From assembly GCF_009914755.1 (NCBI RefSeq), contig NC_060925.1: a stretch of 64,000 nucleotides of DNA; one strand, given 5' to 3'. Position numbers and translations under genes: made by a program. Of this stretch, positions 1 through 16,770 are shown piece by piece (positions within the stretch are counted from its first letter, which is position 1; every line of letters begins with the position of its first letter). This stretch comes from the human T2T-CHM13v2.0 reference genome, Homo sapiens. The notes beneath the pieces were generated by a model, which saw only the letters and a program-made list of their open reading frames with translations, was not told the DNA's origin and searched no databases.

Positions 1-599
1 CTGGACTCCCACTGCCTATTCTTAACCAGGAGGGATGCTGTCATGAGGAACTGGACCCAGACCCCAGGATAACCTGCTTTTCCCTCCCCTACATCTGGCC
101 CTAGGCCTGCCTGTCCTCATCATCCAGGCCATGCCTTGCCCTGTCTGTGCCAAGCCCCTCCTACCTGACCCTGAGGGGCTTTCTGCTACACTAAGGGCAG
201 GCTCAAAACCAGCCTCATTCCAAAGCCCACACCCAGGGGACCTTGGTCTTCCCTTTTCTGCTCCTCTTCTCTGCCTCAGCCTGTCCTCCTTCATCGCACG
301 CTTTGCTGACAGAGCCAGAGAAACAGTGGCAGTATCATTGAGAAGATCTGAGATTTGATGCAGGAATCCCCTTGACAGCACCCTGGTTGGTGACCATCCA
401 GTCTCTGCTTGCATATTTCCACTGACTAGGACCTCATTCCTTCCTGGGTCAGCTCTCACCATCACGGGACAGTCTGGCTGTAAAAAACGTCTTCCTTATA
501 TGAAGGGGAAAGCTGCATTGCTGTAACGCCTACCCAGTGGCCCTATTCTGCCCTCTGGGGCCACACTGAATAAGCCTAATTCATCTTCCATAGCTTAAT

Positions 600-835
600 G
601 GATAAGCCAGCAGATTGTAAAACCAGGTAATCACATTTCAAGTCCTAGCTCTGCCATTTTATTTGCTGTGTGACTTTATTATTATTTTTTAACCTTTCTT
701 GACCTCCATTTCCTCATCTTTAAAATGGAGGTGATAATAGCACCTACCTCATAGAGTTATATAAAGAGTAAATGAGTTAACAGATATAAAGCTCTTCAAT
801 AGCATGTGACACATAATAAGTGCTCAGTAAATTAT
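600..835 (+). mobile_element. MIR SINE
   Basis: MIR core ttcaagtcctagctctgcc...gctgtgtgac...tttcctcatctttaaaatggag...aagtgctcagtaaa. Confidence 0.75.
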
Positions 836-1469
836 GTTATGTAAAGACAGCTGTTCTATGTCCTGCTTTATTCACTTTTTCCCTTCACATAGCATGATTC
901 CCACATCGATCCAGCTCTTGTTTATCTGGCACTTGAGTTTGCTTAACACCCTCTTGCGATGTTATCTCCAAGGTAAAGTGGAGTCACTGTGTCTCGTGAC
1001 ATAGAAGCTGTTCTTCTATTATCATGATGAAGACTAACTTTGTTGAAGCAATATATCACAGAGTTGGCTCATGTCAACCTCACGGTTCGCTAAAATCCCA
1101 AGATCCTTTTCACTTGATCTCCTTAGGGCTTAAAGCCTCACAGGGCTCTCCCTCCCCTCTTACCTGTCCAAGTCTTCTGAGCTTCTCTGAATGTTGGACC
1201 TTCATTGCATATGCTTTGTACCTTCTCAGTGTGGCACCCAAGGTCTAGAATGCCCTTCTCTCCCCCAACTCATCAGTTCATCAGTTCTTCTGTCTCATCT
1301 AGTCTATAAGCAGACCCTGGTAATCTTCCTTTTCAGTAAAGCTTTGCAGATTGATCACACTATAGTTGCTGTTTTGTTTGAATTCTTCCACCCTTATGGT
1401 GAATCTTTGCATGTCTTCTTATCACCTGCAATGCACTGACCCTTAGCTTATGCAGCATTGCACATATAG

Positions 1470-2091
<622 letters not shown>

Positions 2092-4685
2092 TAGGGTGCT
2101 CTCTATGCATCTTGCAGAAAGCAGTGTATAAGCAGCTATGTGGACACAGCACATAAGAGCGCCCTGTGGTCCTATCACTTCTAGCAAGTCTCTGCTTCCT
2201 CTAAACTTACATACACAGGGACATCCTGTTCCTACAGACCACAGTAGATGAGGGCTGGACAGCCTGACAGACGCCGGGAGAAGTGAGTAGTTCTGACGCA
2301 CCCGGCTTCCCTTCCCTTTCCAAACTCTTAGCTATTTTTTTTCTTTATTTTCCTTCCTGTGTTGAAAGAGCTATGGGGCCTGGACCATAGTAGGGTTTCC
2401 TGGGGACATTCCATAAATTCTTCATGGGTTATTTCTCTGGAGAGGGGTGGGAGCAAGTAAGCTGGTAGATGGGAGGCCAGCAGGGGCCTGGGTATGAATG
2501 TCAAGTACCTCAAAGCAGCGTGGGTGGGAAGGAAGGGTGAGCTGCACAGAGGAGGAAGGAGGGGTGTCATGAGCTCATAGAAACCGCCAAAGAAAGGCCA
2601 AGCAAAGAGTGAGAAGAAGCAGCCAAATCACAGGTCAGAACAAGCTGTGGGTAACCACGCCCCCAGCTTTGCCCTTGAACCTGCTGACTGGTCTCCACAG
2701 TAACTTGTCCGTCAGGGTTTCAATAAGGCCAGGAGAACTTGGCCAACTCAGGTGTGTGACTTGGATAGATGCCAAGCAGCCCCTAGTGTGTGCTGTGCAC
2801 GATGCATGGAGATATGGGGAAAGTCAACTCAAGGTCCCTTTGTATCTGGTTGGGTCCCTTTTCCTTTATTCACTTCTCATCCATCCATCCATTCAGCAAA
2901 CACTGATTCCTTAATTCACATCTAGATCTGAAGAGAGTGAAAGCACTGGCCCCTAGCTGACCTCTGTAGCAAGCCTGGACCTGAAGATCATTCTCAGTCT
3001 CCCTCCCTGGGCTCTAGAGCTACTTCTTTAAGTAAAAATGGTGCCAAATTGGGTGTCAAGGCAAGAAGCAACTTGTCCTAGATCTCTATGCTTGGGCAAG
3101 TCAATTTTCTTCTCTGGACCTCAGTTTCCCTGTCAAATAATGAGAGTATTGGGCCAGGCAATCTCTAAGGTTCCTTAAAGAATGGTTCTATTTTTCAAAG
3201 CAGTTTTGAAGCCTATCCCATGAGTGAACACTCGGTGACAGGATTAAAGGGGAAGAAGGGAACAGTCCAAAAAGCATGACCCCTGCCTTTCACAGAACTT
3301 TCAAGAGAATCAAGGAGACAGAATGACACACATGACCTGGAGCAGTGACTGAAGGTAGGGGAAAGGTGCTCACGCTAGCCTGTGTGGTTTCTGCTGGCCT
3401 TTAGAGAGCCTGTGTGCCATTTAGGAAAAGGTGGTCCCTATGGGTAGATGACTTAGTAAGAGAAGTCCCATGAGCAGATGTTTATACCACAGGGTACATG
3501 ATGTGACAGGGAGAGCTCAGGCTGGATTTCAACTCCCACTAGGCCCGTTAACACAATCCTCCTAGGCCAGGCACAATTTGCTCAACTGGATGTGGTGACC
3601 CTGGCTGAGCAGGGAAGTAGCCGGCCTCAGGGTTCCAAGCTGAATTGCTTCTTGGTAGAAGCCACTTTTAAATCTTAGCAGAATTTCACACAGCAACTCC
3701 TTCCCTTCCCATTTTGGAAAAGCAAATGCAAGGACCACATTCTTTCTCTCTTCCATGTGCCGAAAAGCCAAGCTAGGGTCCCTAGTCCCAGGCAGAGTGG
3801 AGGGCACAGAAGAGGAACATGTAGGAACCTCTACAGCAAGTGAGGAAATGGTTAAATATCTTTGGTATCATGAGAACCAGAAGAAGCCTGGAGGGTTTAG
3901 CACTGCTAGGTGAACCCAGACCAGTTCTTCTCACCTCCCCTGGCAGTAATTCAGAACAAGCAGAACATAGAAATTCTTCCTTGGGCTCACTCCAGGTTAC
4001 CCTCCTTCCACATTTCCAAACAACATCCCTCCCAAGGCTCTAAATGGATTAGGAGGAAAGAGCTCCAGGGTGATGTCAACATCAAAGGGTGAGATGCAGT
4101 GAGGTCTTGCATGTTCCTTGATCCACAGGTGCTGGGACCAGGGAAAGGTGGCAGGAGGGTAAGCTTGGGAAAAGGGATTAGCTGAGACCGGAAAGAATGT
4201 GGCTGCTCTAATCCCACATAATGAACCAGATTGTGCGCCCTCTCTGCACCCTAGGCACTAGACAAGCCGGTACAAGCTGTTGGCTTCAGCCTGCTGCACA
4301 AGAGGCCTCCCATGCTGCCATCCCCAGACAGCCTGTGCCCTCCAGCTGGCAGAAGTACCCTGGGAGGCGCAAGGTAAAATGTCTACTTCCACCTGGCAGC
4401 TTACATCTGGGTGGGGAGCTGGGAAGGGAAGAGTCTGTGATTGCAGGAAGAGGAAAGACTGGAGAATGGTGTTTTCTTCAGGCATCATATACCATCAGAG
4501 AGCAGCACCCACCGTTTACCCCAGGTCTTAGAATTGGGACCAGTAATCTGCTTCAACCAACTTCTCTGAATTCAACAAAGACCAGTATAATCAAGTTTAC
4601 AGGTTCTAGGGAAGGATTTGCGATTTTGGAGATTTATAATGCACATAATCAAAAACTTAGTTTTGCTTGATTTGGGAATGAAGAG

Positions 4686-4689
<4 letters not shown>

Positions 4690-4723
<34 letters not shown>
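4690..4723 (-). repeat. Genomic poly(A) tract (A34 on the PLXNA2 sense strand)
   Basis: Uninterrupted T-run on the plus strand, not attached to a recognisable Alu body. Confidence 0.95.
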
Positions 4724-4726
<3 letters not shown>

Positions 4727-4875
4727 TTTGCAGATGTACCTTCTTAAAGTTTTTTCTTAAAGTTTGGGAAATATTGAAATACGCTTGCATTCCTTACATA
4801 CCCAATGACTGATGGCTGGAGGAAGTAGCTAGAAGCTAAGTCACAAAATTAACCCCTTCTTACCTCCCCATTTCA

Positions 4876-5421
<546 letters not shown>

Positions 5422-5685
5422 TCACCTGTATCTACCTTTCTGCCAGGAGAACCAGGATCAATTTGTAAAGCTAAGTGCCTGAACTCATTTTCTATTTATT
5501 TTAATGTTCCTCAGGACCATGGCATTCTGTGGGATCTTTCTATTTCAGACAAGAGTTCCTTCAGTGGATAATCAGTCTAAAGGCAACATTACAGGATTTC
5601 TACCAGCCCAGAAAGGGTTTCTTGTTTGTTTCTTGGGCTGTAGGGTCTCCCTTTGGGTGCAAGAAATTTTAGGCCATTCAACTAT

Positions 5686-5746
5686 CCAGTTGTTTAATAT
5701 TTACCAGCACGTCACTGGAGCCAACCATGGGAATTCTAGCTCCCTA
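5686..5746 (+). repeat. 61-bp dispersed copy of 7400-7460
   Basis: 57/61 identical by manual alignment. Confidence 0.9.
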
Positions 5747-6130
5747 CTATCTTTCCATACTGGAAAGAGATCAGAAGTGTCATAATGATATCGAACAGTA
5801 CCTTATACTTTGGAAAAGTTAATCTACCTATGCCTCAGTTTCTTCCTTTGGAATAATACCTGCCCACCTTTCTGATAGAATTGTGAAGGAACAAATGAAA
5901 TAATGCATGCAAAAGATTTGTGTTAAGTTGTCCAACTCTTTCCACTATTGTGCATTATAGATCTTCAACAATGTTTGGGTAAATATAATTAAGAGAGAAT
6001 TCTGGAGGTGGTGTCCTTCATATTTCCAGCCTTTAAGGAGAGTGGTGGTGTGGCTCCATAATGTATCTGTCAGCAGCGACTGGAGCATGTTTGAAAGAAG
6101 ATCACCTTGAGCAAGTGAAAAAAAAATTGT

Positions 6131-6710
<580 letters not shown>

Positions 6711-7246
6711 TTAATGGCACAATGTGGAATCCTGTGGCAAAGGCTGCAGGCTCTGGGCCAGAAAGAGCCCCGCATCCTGTGGCAGCTGTTCCTTCTGGGT
6801 CTGTGAAGGCATCCCAGAGGAGGAAGGAAATGGCTATCGTAGAAATCATAGAAAGCAGCAGAACAGCCTGCCCCCATGCTCCCTTCAGCCTCCTCTCACC
6901 CTCACCAGGGAAGAGCAGGCTGACACACCATCACTCGTTGACAGCCTCATTTCTTTGGAATAATTGGTTTATAAGTTATGGCATATGATTTTTTTTTTTA
7001 AACCAGGGACTTCCGTTCCTTTCTCTTCTCAGTCCCAAAAGGAGCAGAGACTCATTTTTTGTGGTTCCACAGTGTTTTGTAGAGAGCTGCTGCTCCTGTT
7101 ACTGGTAGGAATGATGGTGCTGCACTTGTGTGTGTATATTCTTCAGGAAATAAAACAAATTTTTAGGTTAAGATGACTTTTGAACCCGGGATAATATTGA
7201 GCCCCACAGAGCAGAAGGAATGAGTTTCTCAGGAAGGGAGTGAAGC

Positions 7247-7431
7247 TGTGGTGTGCTGAAGCCAGCTGTTAGGGAATAACTGTGCATTCAGTGACATCCC
7301 ATGATGCTTGAAATCAGCCAGGATAGGTGTATTTATACCATGGCAATTGGCAGAGGCTACAAACCAGAGCACTCCTCTCCCTCCCCTGCCTGCATAGAGC
7401 CAGTTATTTAATATTTACCAGCACACCACTG
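7247..7431 (+). mobile_element. MER63-like hAT (Blackjack) non-autonomous DNA transposon
   Basis: Terminal inverted repeats ctgtggtgtgctg...cagcacaccactg. Internal ttcagtgacatc...gcttgaaatcagcc...gtatttataccatggcaattggc matches the MER63 consensus as I recall it. Confidence 0.75.
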
Positions 7432-8949
7432 GAGCCAACCACGGGAATTCTAGCTCCCTAGAAAGGCAGGTCAGAGTTATCAGCTACACTTTTTACATTG
7501 TGTGCTTCTCTTCCTCATCTCATCCCTACACTACACGCAGCTACTGCCCTGGCTAAGATGAAAGTGATCCAGATTTTAGGCCTTTCTCTACTGAAACCAG
7601 CTGTGTGACCTTGATATGTCATGTACCATGTCTCAGCCTCAGTTTTCTCATCTGTAAAGTAAAAGTATTGGAACAGGTAATTGTCAAGCTTCCTTTGAGC
7701 TCTAAAAGTCCTTAATTTCATGGCTTCCATTTCTTTCCCACTTTCTGCAGGGCTGGTAAGGCCACAGAGTCTGGGCACAGGCGTAGCCCAAGTCAGCTTT
7801 TGAGAAATGATGACAGAAGCAAAAACCTGGTAATCCTAGATTTTGCTACTGTCTTATTGATTCTAGTATCTCCAGAACTATTAAAAAAAAAAAAGATTTA
7901 TTCTCAGCCTAAGCCCTTAGGATTGGCTGGAATTTCTTTCCTCCTCAAGTTGTTTTTCAATATATTGTTAGATATTCCCAAACACCTGATGCACCTTTAC
8001 TTTTGCTCAAATGGTGAGAGCTTGGTGTATGGCTTTCCTTGGAAACAGAAGGGCTCAATAGAGAGAGACTGGACTAAGAAGTAATACAGCCGAACTAAAT
8101 TCAAATCCCCGCTTTATCACTTATAGCTGTGGAGATCTGAGCAACTTACTTAGTCTTTGTGAGCCTTTGTTTTTTAATCTGTAAAATGGGGAAGATAACT
8201 CTTGCTTTATGGGGTCATTGTGAGGAGCAAGTGAGATAACACTTAAATTGCCAAGCTTAGCCTTTAGGACTAGCTGCTATTCAATGAGTGATAGCCCCCT
8301 TCTTCCTCTCTTTTCTGGGATCAGAGCTCAAATTTTTGATCTGAGATTTCCATGTTATTCCAGAGTCATGTTAAAATCAAGCTCTGGGACCACAGCTTCT
8401 TTCATTTATCCTTATTCCCCTCTAAGGCCACCAAAATATTTCTGGGTCCCTGGGTCTTAGTTCTTTGGAGTATCAGGGTCTTTAAGGGGCCATTCCTCTT
8501 GCAGCCCTTGCACCAGAAGGGTGTGGTGCTGAAGGGGTGGAGGCAAGGGGCTCTCCACTCTAAGGTCCTGGCCCCACTCACTGTCACCTCTCTCCCAGTG
8601 CCTTTGCTATCCTTTTGTAACTAGCCCAGGCTTGTCCCTCTGCTCTGGAGCAGAGAAGAGTGTCATCTTCCTCTTTCCTCTGGCTCAGAAGCAGGCAGGA
8701 ATCAGCAGTTTCCTCCTGACAAGGCCCCCTCTGGGTTATGGGAACTAGGCTGGACTCTGCAAGCATTTAACCCTTACGGAGGGTTACATTTCCTCTCCAC
8801 CTCTCCACATTGGTTACGGCCAGTGGCCATAAAATTTTGGCGTTAAAAAAAAAAAAACCAAAGACTATCTAGTCTAGCTTCCTCATTTTACAACAGTAAG
8901 ATAACTAAGAAAATAGCTGGCTCTTTACTACTGTGATTAATATTAATAA

Positions 8950-9190
8950 TCATAGCGGCCCATTTATTGAATGCTTATTATGTTCCAGGTATTGTGCTAA
9001 GCACTTTACATAAATTTTCCATTTGATCCTCATAATAACCATGAAAAGAAGACAATATTATCTCTATTTTAAAGACGAAAAATTTACAGCTCAGACCAGG
9101 TACATAACTTGCCCAAAGTCACACAAGGAGTAAGTGGTAGGACTGATTTTTAATCCCCATCTGGTTTACTTCAAAGCCTTAACCACGACT
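8950..9190 (-). mobile_element. MIR SINE
   Basis: catttattgaatgcttattatgttccagg...aacttgcccaaagtcacaca. Confidence 0.75.
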
Positions 9191-9737
9191 CTTCTACCAC
9201 ACCAAGCAAATGATGACAGGAATAGAAGCGTAGCCTTGGAATGATGTTTTCTTGCTTCAAGTACTGGTGCTTGGTCCCAACGGCAGGCACCTTCAATTTA
9301 GAGTACTCAGAAGGTAGCCGTATGGGCCCCTTGGTCTCATATATTTTTTTCTAGGTTGCAGATCCAGAGCCCTCAGCACTGTGTACAAGAAACCTACTTT
9401 TGCACTTCTCACACTCCCTGTTAACTCCCTGTGTAATAATAAACCTAACATTTCCAGGCATGGTGCTAATCTCTCCATGTATTATCTCATCTGATCATCC
9501 CATGAGCTAGGCATTATTATTTCCATCTCACAGATAAGAATGTAGAGATGCTAAGGTGCTTCTGAAGAAGGCAGGAAGAAACACAGATGGAATTTGAAGC
9601 CTGGCTTTTGTCTCAGAACCTCAAACTCTGAGCCACTACATTATGTTGCCAGCTGTCTCTAGCTCTCTCTCTCTTCCTCTCTCTCTCTCTCTTCCCCCTA
9701 CTAGATTATAAGATCTGTGAGACTAGTGATCATGTCT

Positions 9738-10013
9738 TTTTTTTTTCTGAGACAGGGTCTCACTCTGTCACCCAGGCTGGAGTATAGTAGCACAATCTTG
9801 GCTCACTGCAACCTCCACCTCCCATGCTCAGGCCTCCAGAGTAGCTGGTACTACAGGTGTGCATCACCACACCCAGCTAATTTTTGGAATTTTTGTAGAG
9901 ACGGAGTTTTGTCATGTTGCCCAGGCTGGTCTCGAACTCCTGAGCTCAAGCAATCTGCCTACCTTAGCCTGCCAAAGTGCTGGGAGTACAGGTGTGAGCC
10001 ACCGCACCCAGCC
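9738..10013 (-). mobile_element. AluJ-like element inserted into an L2 3' end
   Basis: Alu body with an internal deletion; TSD gatcatgtcttttt at 9728 and 10014. Confidence 0.9.
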
Positions 10014-10094
10014 GATCATGTCTTTTTATGTTTGCAACCCCAGTGCCTAGTACAGTGCCAGGCATTCAGAAGATCTTCAATACTACTTGTAAAT

Positions 10095-10525
10095 GAATAG
10101 AGGGATGGGTAGATGGATGATGGTGGATGAATAAAGAGAGGGATGAATGGATAGATGGAGGGCTAGGTAGACAAATGGATGATGGATAGATAAAGATATG
10201 GAGACATAGATTAAGGGAGAAAAAAGAGGGATGAGTGGATAAAGAGATGGATGAAGGGATGGAGGAAGGGATGGAGGAAAGAATGAAGGGAAGGATCAGG
10301 GACAGATGAATGGAGGTTTAGGTAAATAGGTGAATAGATGGATGGATGGATGATGGATGGATGGATGGATGGAGAGATGCATGGAGGGAGAGAGCTAAGG
10401 AGGATGGAGGGATAGATGGATAGGAGAATAAAAGGAGGGAAGGAAAGGGGATGGATGAAAGGAGAGATGGGTGGATAAATGAATGGATGATTGGATGGTT
10501 GGATGAATGATGGAAGAAGAGTGGA
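10095..10525 (+). repeat. Degenerate (GGAT)n / purine-rich simple repeat
   Basis: ggatggatggat, ggaggaagggatgg; probably expanded from the adjacent L2 tail. Confidence 0.85.
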
Positions 10526-10759
10526 TCATGAATACTTTGATGGCAGCACCATGAGCCGCTGACAGGGCAGTGCTTGCCACTGATTTTCTTGTCTCTGCTT
10601 TCCTCAGGTCTGGATTCTGAGCTTTTCATCCTCTCCTCTTTTGCCTTTGCCCACACTCCTGATTCTTCTCCAGTTTTCCATCAGTTGGTCAAGCCAGACT
10701 CCCTTCCCTCTCCTCTGACTTAGATTTCTGATCTCCACTTGACCCCCTCACTGGGAACC

Positions 10760-11250
10760 ACAGTGGCCTACAGCTCTGTGTGTACATGACCTGGTCCCCA
10801 TTACTTCTGATGGACCCCATCACCTGCTGCTCTTTCTCTCACATACTCTGATCTGGCTGCAGTTGCCTCCTTACTGTTCCTCAGACACTCCAGGCATGCC
10901 CTGAATTCTTTGCACATTCTCCTCACCCTTTCTCTCTCTGGAATGCTTTCTCTGGACACTTGTGTGGCTCCCTTTCTTCCCATCCTCAGTTTTTGCTTAG
11001 ACACCACTTTCTCAATGAGTCAGTCCTCTCAGCTACTGCCTCTCCCCCTTTCCTGTTTATTTTTCTCTATAGCCATTATCACCATTTGGCAAACTAACAT
11101 GTATTATGTGTTCATTTGTCTCACCCAACTAGCGTGTAATCTCCATGAGGGCAGTGAGCTTTGTAGGGTTGTATGGTTCACAGCTGAAGCCTGCAGCATT
11201 TACAATAGCACCTGATGTGATGTAGGCACTCAATACATATATTTGAAATG
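10760..11250 (+). mobile_element. L2 LINE 3' end
   Basis: ctggaatgctttc...ctccatgagggcag...gcacctg...taggcactcaatacatatatttg. Confidence 0.75.
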
Positions 11251-11416
11251 ACAACAAATCAACACACATATCTCAAGTATCTGGTGTACGTAAGACCCTG
11301 CGTTATTGGTTACCACCTGATAACCTGAGTCTGAAAACCTCTTTCATTTCAGGTCCATGGTGGTGTGGGAGCAGATGTGCCCCAGGGCATGGACAGGAAG
11401 GTTGGAACCTGTGTCA

Positions 11417-12808
<1,392 letters not shown>

Positions 12809-13992
12809 TTAGCTCTGTGAGTCTCCTCCTTCTGCATTTTGGTTTTTCTATTTTTAACATACTTTCTCCCTCTTAGGAATGTTCAGGGAATCCTGTTATC
12901 TATTTTGGTCTCTAGCCTTTATGCTATAAAATACTTGCTTTTTTTAAAATTTTATTTTACAAAGCATCTCTATTTCTGGCCCCTTAAGCCATCGTTTTCA
13001 TCTCCCAGAGAGGTTAAAAGGCTGTTGAAGTTCACCCAGCCAGTCAATTTGATATTAGGACTAAACCCAGTCTTCCCTATCCTACCGGCACGTCTTATCC
13101 CAGCCCAGTGGAAGTCGCTCCTGTTTTTTGAAAGCTTGTTAGGCAGGCCCTCCCCCAGGCTCTCCAGGTCAACTGCTCCCAGAGTCTGATATTGCACACA
13201 AAATTCCTTCCTATTTTAGACTTCCATCACCTCACTCCGCTGCATCTCTTCACTTTCTCATGCTCTGTTATCCACAGAGAGGCAAGGAGCTGGTCACCCT
13301 GAGTGAGAGTGCCCTGCTCTGCCCTCAGCCCTTTCTTCTCCAGCAAGAAGAACCCCTGATCACTAGCTGTTAGAACAGCTGTTAGAACTTGTTAGGAAAG
13401 GGAAAAATGTTGTAGCCAACAAGACTGGGATTCCCACATGTGCCATTCCGGAGCCGGAAAAGCCCTCGGGAGACAGGCAGATCTCTTGAGATTCCCCCAT
13501 CCTTCTCAAGGTGGACGCCCAGCTGCTGCCAGGTAGCCAGGTCCTCGGGAAATTGCTTCAACCTCTGCCTCTCTGCAGGCAGAGCACATGGGAAGCCAGG
13601 ACACACAGAGAACCAGTCTCCTTGCTAGGGGTTACTGGCTGGCTGAGTCCAGCTTCAGCCACCTGGGGCAGGGGTACCAGATTTGGGAGAATGTGGGGAG
13701 CAGCAAAGGGTGGTGAGGTGAGATTCAGTCTCATTTCAGGCACTGCTGGGGCCTCCTGACTGTTTCAGCATCCATGAAATCACCAGCGGGCCTCAGTGGG
13801 CCATGCTCGAAGCCCAGTCTCTAGCCCTGACTCCTTTACTCTTCCCCCTGCCTCCTGACTCCCAGGCTTTAAGGCTCCTCCACTTCCAGAGCCTTGGTGC
13901 TTATTCTTCCCTGTTCCAAGGAAGCTGCCCAGAGGGGCAAGGTGGGGCTCCTGAGGACAGCCTGTAGCCAGGGGCAGTCTGGGCCAGGGGCA

Positions 13993-14055
13993 GGAAGTCA
14001 GAGAGCAGAGCCTGGAGGTCAGAGAGCAGGACCTGGAGGTCAGAGAGCAGGGCCT
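13993..14055 (+). repeat. Minisatellite, 3 x 21 bp
   Basis: ggaagtcagagagcagagcct / ggaggtcagagagcaggacct / ggaggtcagagagcagggcct. Confidence 0.9.
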
Positions 14056-15134
14056 GTTCCATCACTATCATGGTACTGTCCTGACTTATGGAGAGGGACA
14101 GTGGGAAGTGACTGCGGCACCAGGAGAAGGCAGCGAGCTGTCCGGCAGAGAAAGCTTTTCTCAGCTGGAAGATCATCCAGCAACCTTCTCAGGCAAGTCC
14201 AGACAGAACTCTGGGCACATAAGGTGGCAGGGATGGAAACACCCGAAGGATGGAGAGTTTGCTCCAAGGCAGCTTAGGAGAGGCCTTTCTCCCTCAACTC
14301 CCCATTCTGGCTGGATTGGGTTATAATTAGAACAGACACCACTTAGAGAATCCCCTAGAGTTTCTTTAGGAACGACCCTTCCTCTTGTTCAGTTCTGCAT
14401 CCTCGGCCTGGCAGCCACCGTGGTGCCACAGTAGGTCCCACCTAACTCCCTCCTCCAACCCGACTCCCCCAGGGTGTTCGGGGTGACTCATGAGGCCCTG
14501 GGCTTCCTTGGAAAGAGGAAGGCAACACCGGCATGAGACTCAGGCTGACCTCAGCTACTCCGACACAGCCCTTCCGGCCCCAGGCGCACACCGGCAAAGC
14601 CTCCCAACAGACAGGGCTTTCAGTTTGGAAACCAGAGGTTATTTTTAGCTATGTCCTGAGGCCGGTAGCAGGACGTGAATTCCTGAAGAGGAGCTGTGGA
14701 AAGGAAATAACAGAATCCTTAAATTCTCCAGCTGGATGGGGAATTGCAAGAGGCCATTCTCTGCCCCTGTCGCTGGGAAGAAAATCTCCTTGGGTTCCAG
14801 GTGGAGAGTGGTTCCTCCTTGAGGAGCCGCGAGGGGAGGAAGGGGGTTCTGGTAGCAGAGATAACATGGAAGGACTTAGTATGCGGTTAAGATCAGCCAC
14901 CTCACCTCCCTGCTTGGTATCCTCCCAAGACACAGTTTGAATAGTGAGTGGCTTTTGTTGTTGTTAGACAGAATCTGGGAACAAATTTGGGATTTGAGGC
15001 AAGTCAAGTCTCATGTCCCTTTCTGGTAGAATGGGAATAACTACAGTATGTACCTTTAAGTTGTCATGACAGTAAATGAGACAATATAGAGACCAACCTC
15101 TTAGCATGGTTGCAGGCACACAGTGAGCACTTAA

Positions 15135-15458
<324 letters not shown>

Positions 15459-16519
15459 TGTTATTGTCTTTGAAGACTCCACAGGAGATGGCACTTCTGA
15501 AATCCTGCCACAGCTCTTGACTTCTCTTTTTGCTTATATTCTTCCTTTCCCACCCACAATGAGATGAACACTGTGGGTGTGCCTTTGATCCCTAGGCCTC
15601 CCCGACCCAGTGACAGAGCTCAGTCTGGGAAGCATGTGGCAAGGGGAAAGAAATAGATCCAAGGTGATCTTCTTTGTCATACTACTGCACAAGTCCCAAT
15701 ATAGCCTCTCCGCAGACTGCAGGAAGGCTGGTGGAAACACAGGATCCTGAGAGTTAGACTGAGAATGAGAAACGTCCTGATGTCTAGAAGGCATGAGGTC
15801 ACAGGGCAGGAAGAAAGGTGGGAGACTCAGGAACCCTGGGTTCACATTCTGCCTGTGTGACTCATGAATTATAGTGTCACTCACTTTAGACCAGTCTGGC
15901 ATTTCCATGAGCCTATTTCTTGATCTTAAAACAAAAGGTATTTGAATTAGTCAACCTATAAGATTTCCTTTTTCAGATAAAATGCTACCTCGAAGCTTAG
16001 TTCCTTCAGTTCCTGGAGTCTGTGATTCCAATAGCAGCTGAGGTTTTTTGCTCCAACCTGGAGAGGCTGATTAGGTCAGGAGCTTTTTTCTTTTTCTGTT
16101 TTTTTTTTTTTTTTTTTTTTTTTTCAGGCCAGTAGTTCTAAACAGACCACTCCAGCTGGGCTGTTTTCCTCTCACCCTCATGCAGCATTTGCTTTGGGAC
16201 AGGCCACTCCTGATAACCAGCCAAGTGAATTCATCTCACAGGACTCAGGGACTGCCCGCCTGGGAGCAGCTGTCATTGGACACTGGAGTCAAGAGGAGGC
16301 ACAGTCTCCTGCAGTGAGGGGAGGTTTGCACCCCACCTTGGGAGTGTGGCCTTCATGAAGACAGCTGACTTCAAGGGCACGTTGAGAGCCTTCATCTTTC
16401 TATGCCAAATTGATGTGACTAAGTGGCTGTTCCAAGCAGAGCCCAGTGGGCAAAGATCAGGACTCCTATCCACATTCTGAGTAAGGGAGGATGGAGCCCA
16501 CCTTTGTGCCTCTGGTGAG

Positions 16520-16770
16520 AGGCAGTGCGATATAACAATTAAATGCATGAGCTCTGAACTTAGGTGCCTGGACGCAAATGGAGCCTATAGCTGTGTACAC
16601 TTGGTCAAGGTACTTAGCCATTCTATGATGTTATCTAACTATCTATATAAAATAGGTTTAGTACTAGTAGCTACGTCATAGGATTATTACAATGAAATCA
16701 GTTAATACATATAAAAGCACTTAGAACAGTTCATGGCCATCTTAAGTGTTTAAGATACATTAGCCTTTGT
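16520..16770 (+). mobile_element. MIR SINE
   Basis: gaggcagtg...gctgtgtacacttggtcaaggtacttagcc...taaaagcacttagaacagt. Confidence 0.7.
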
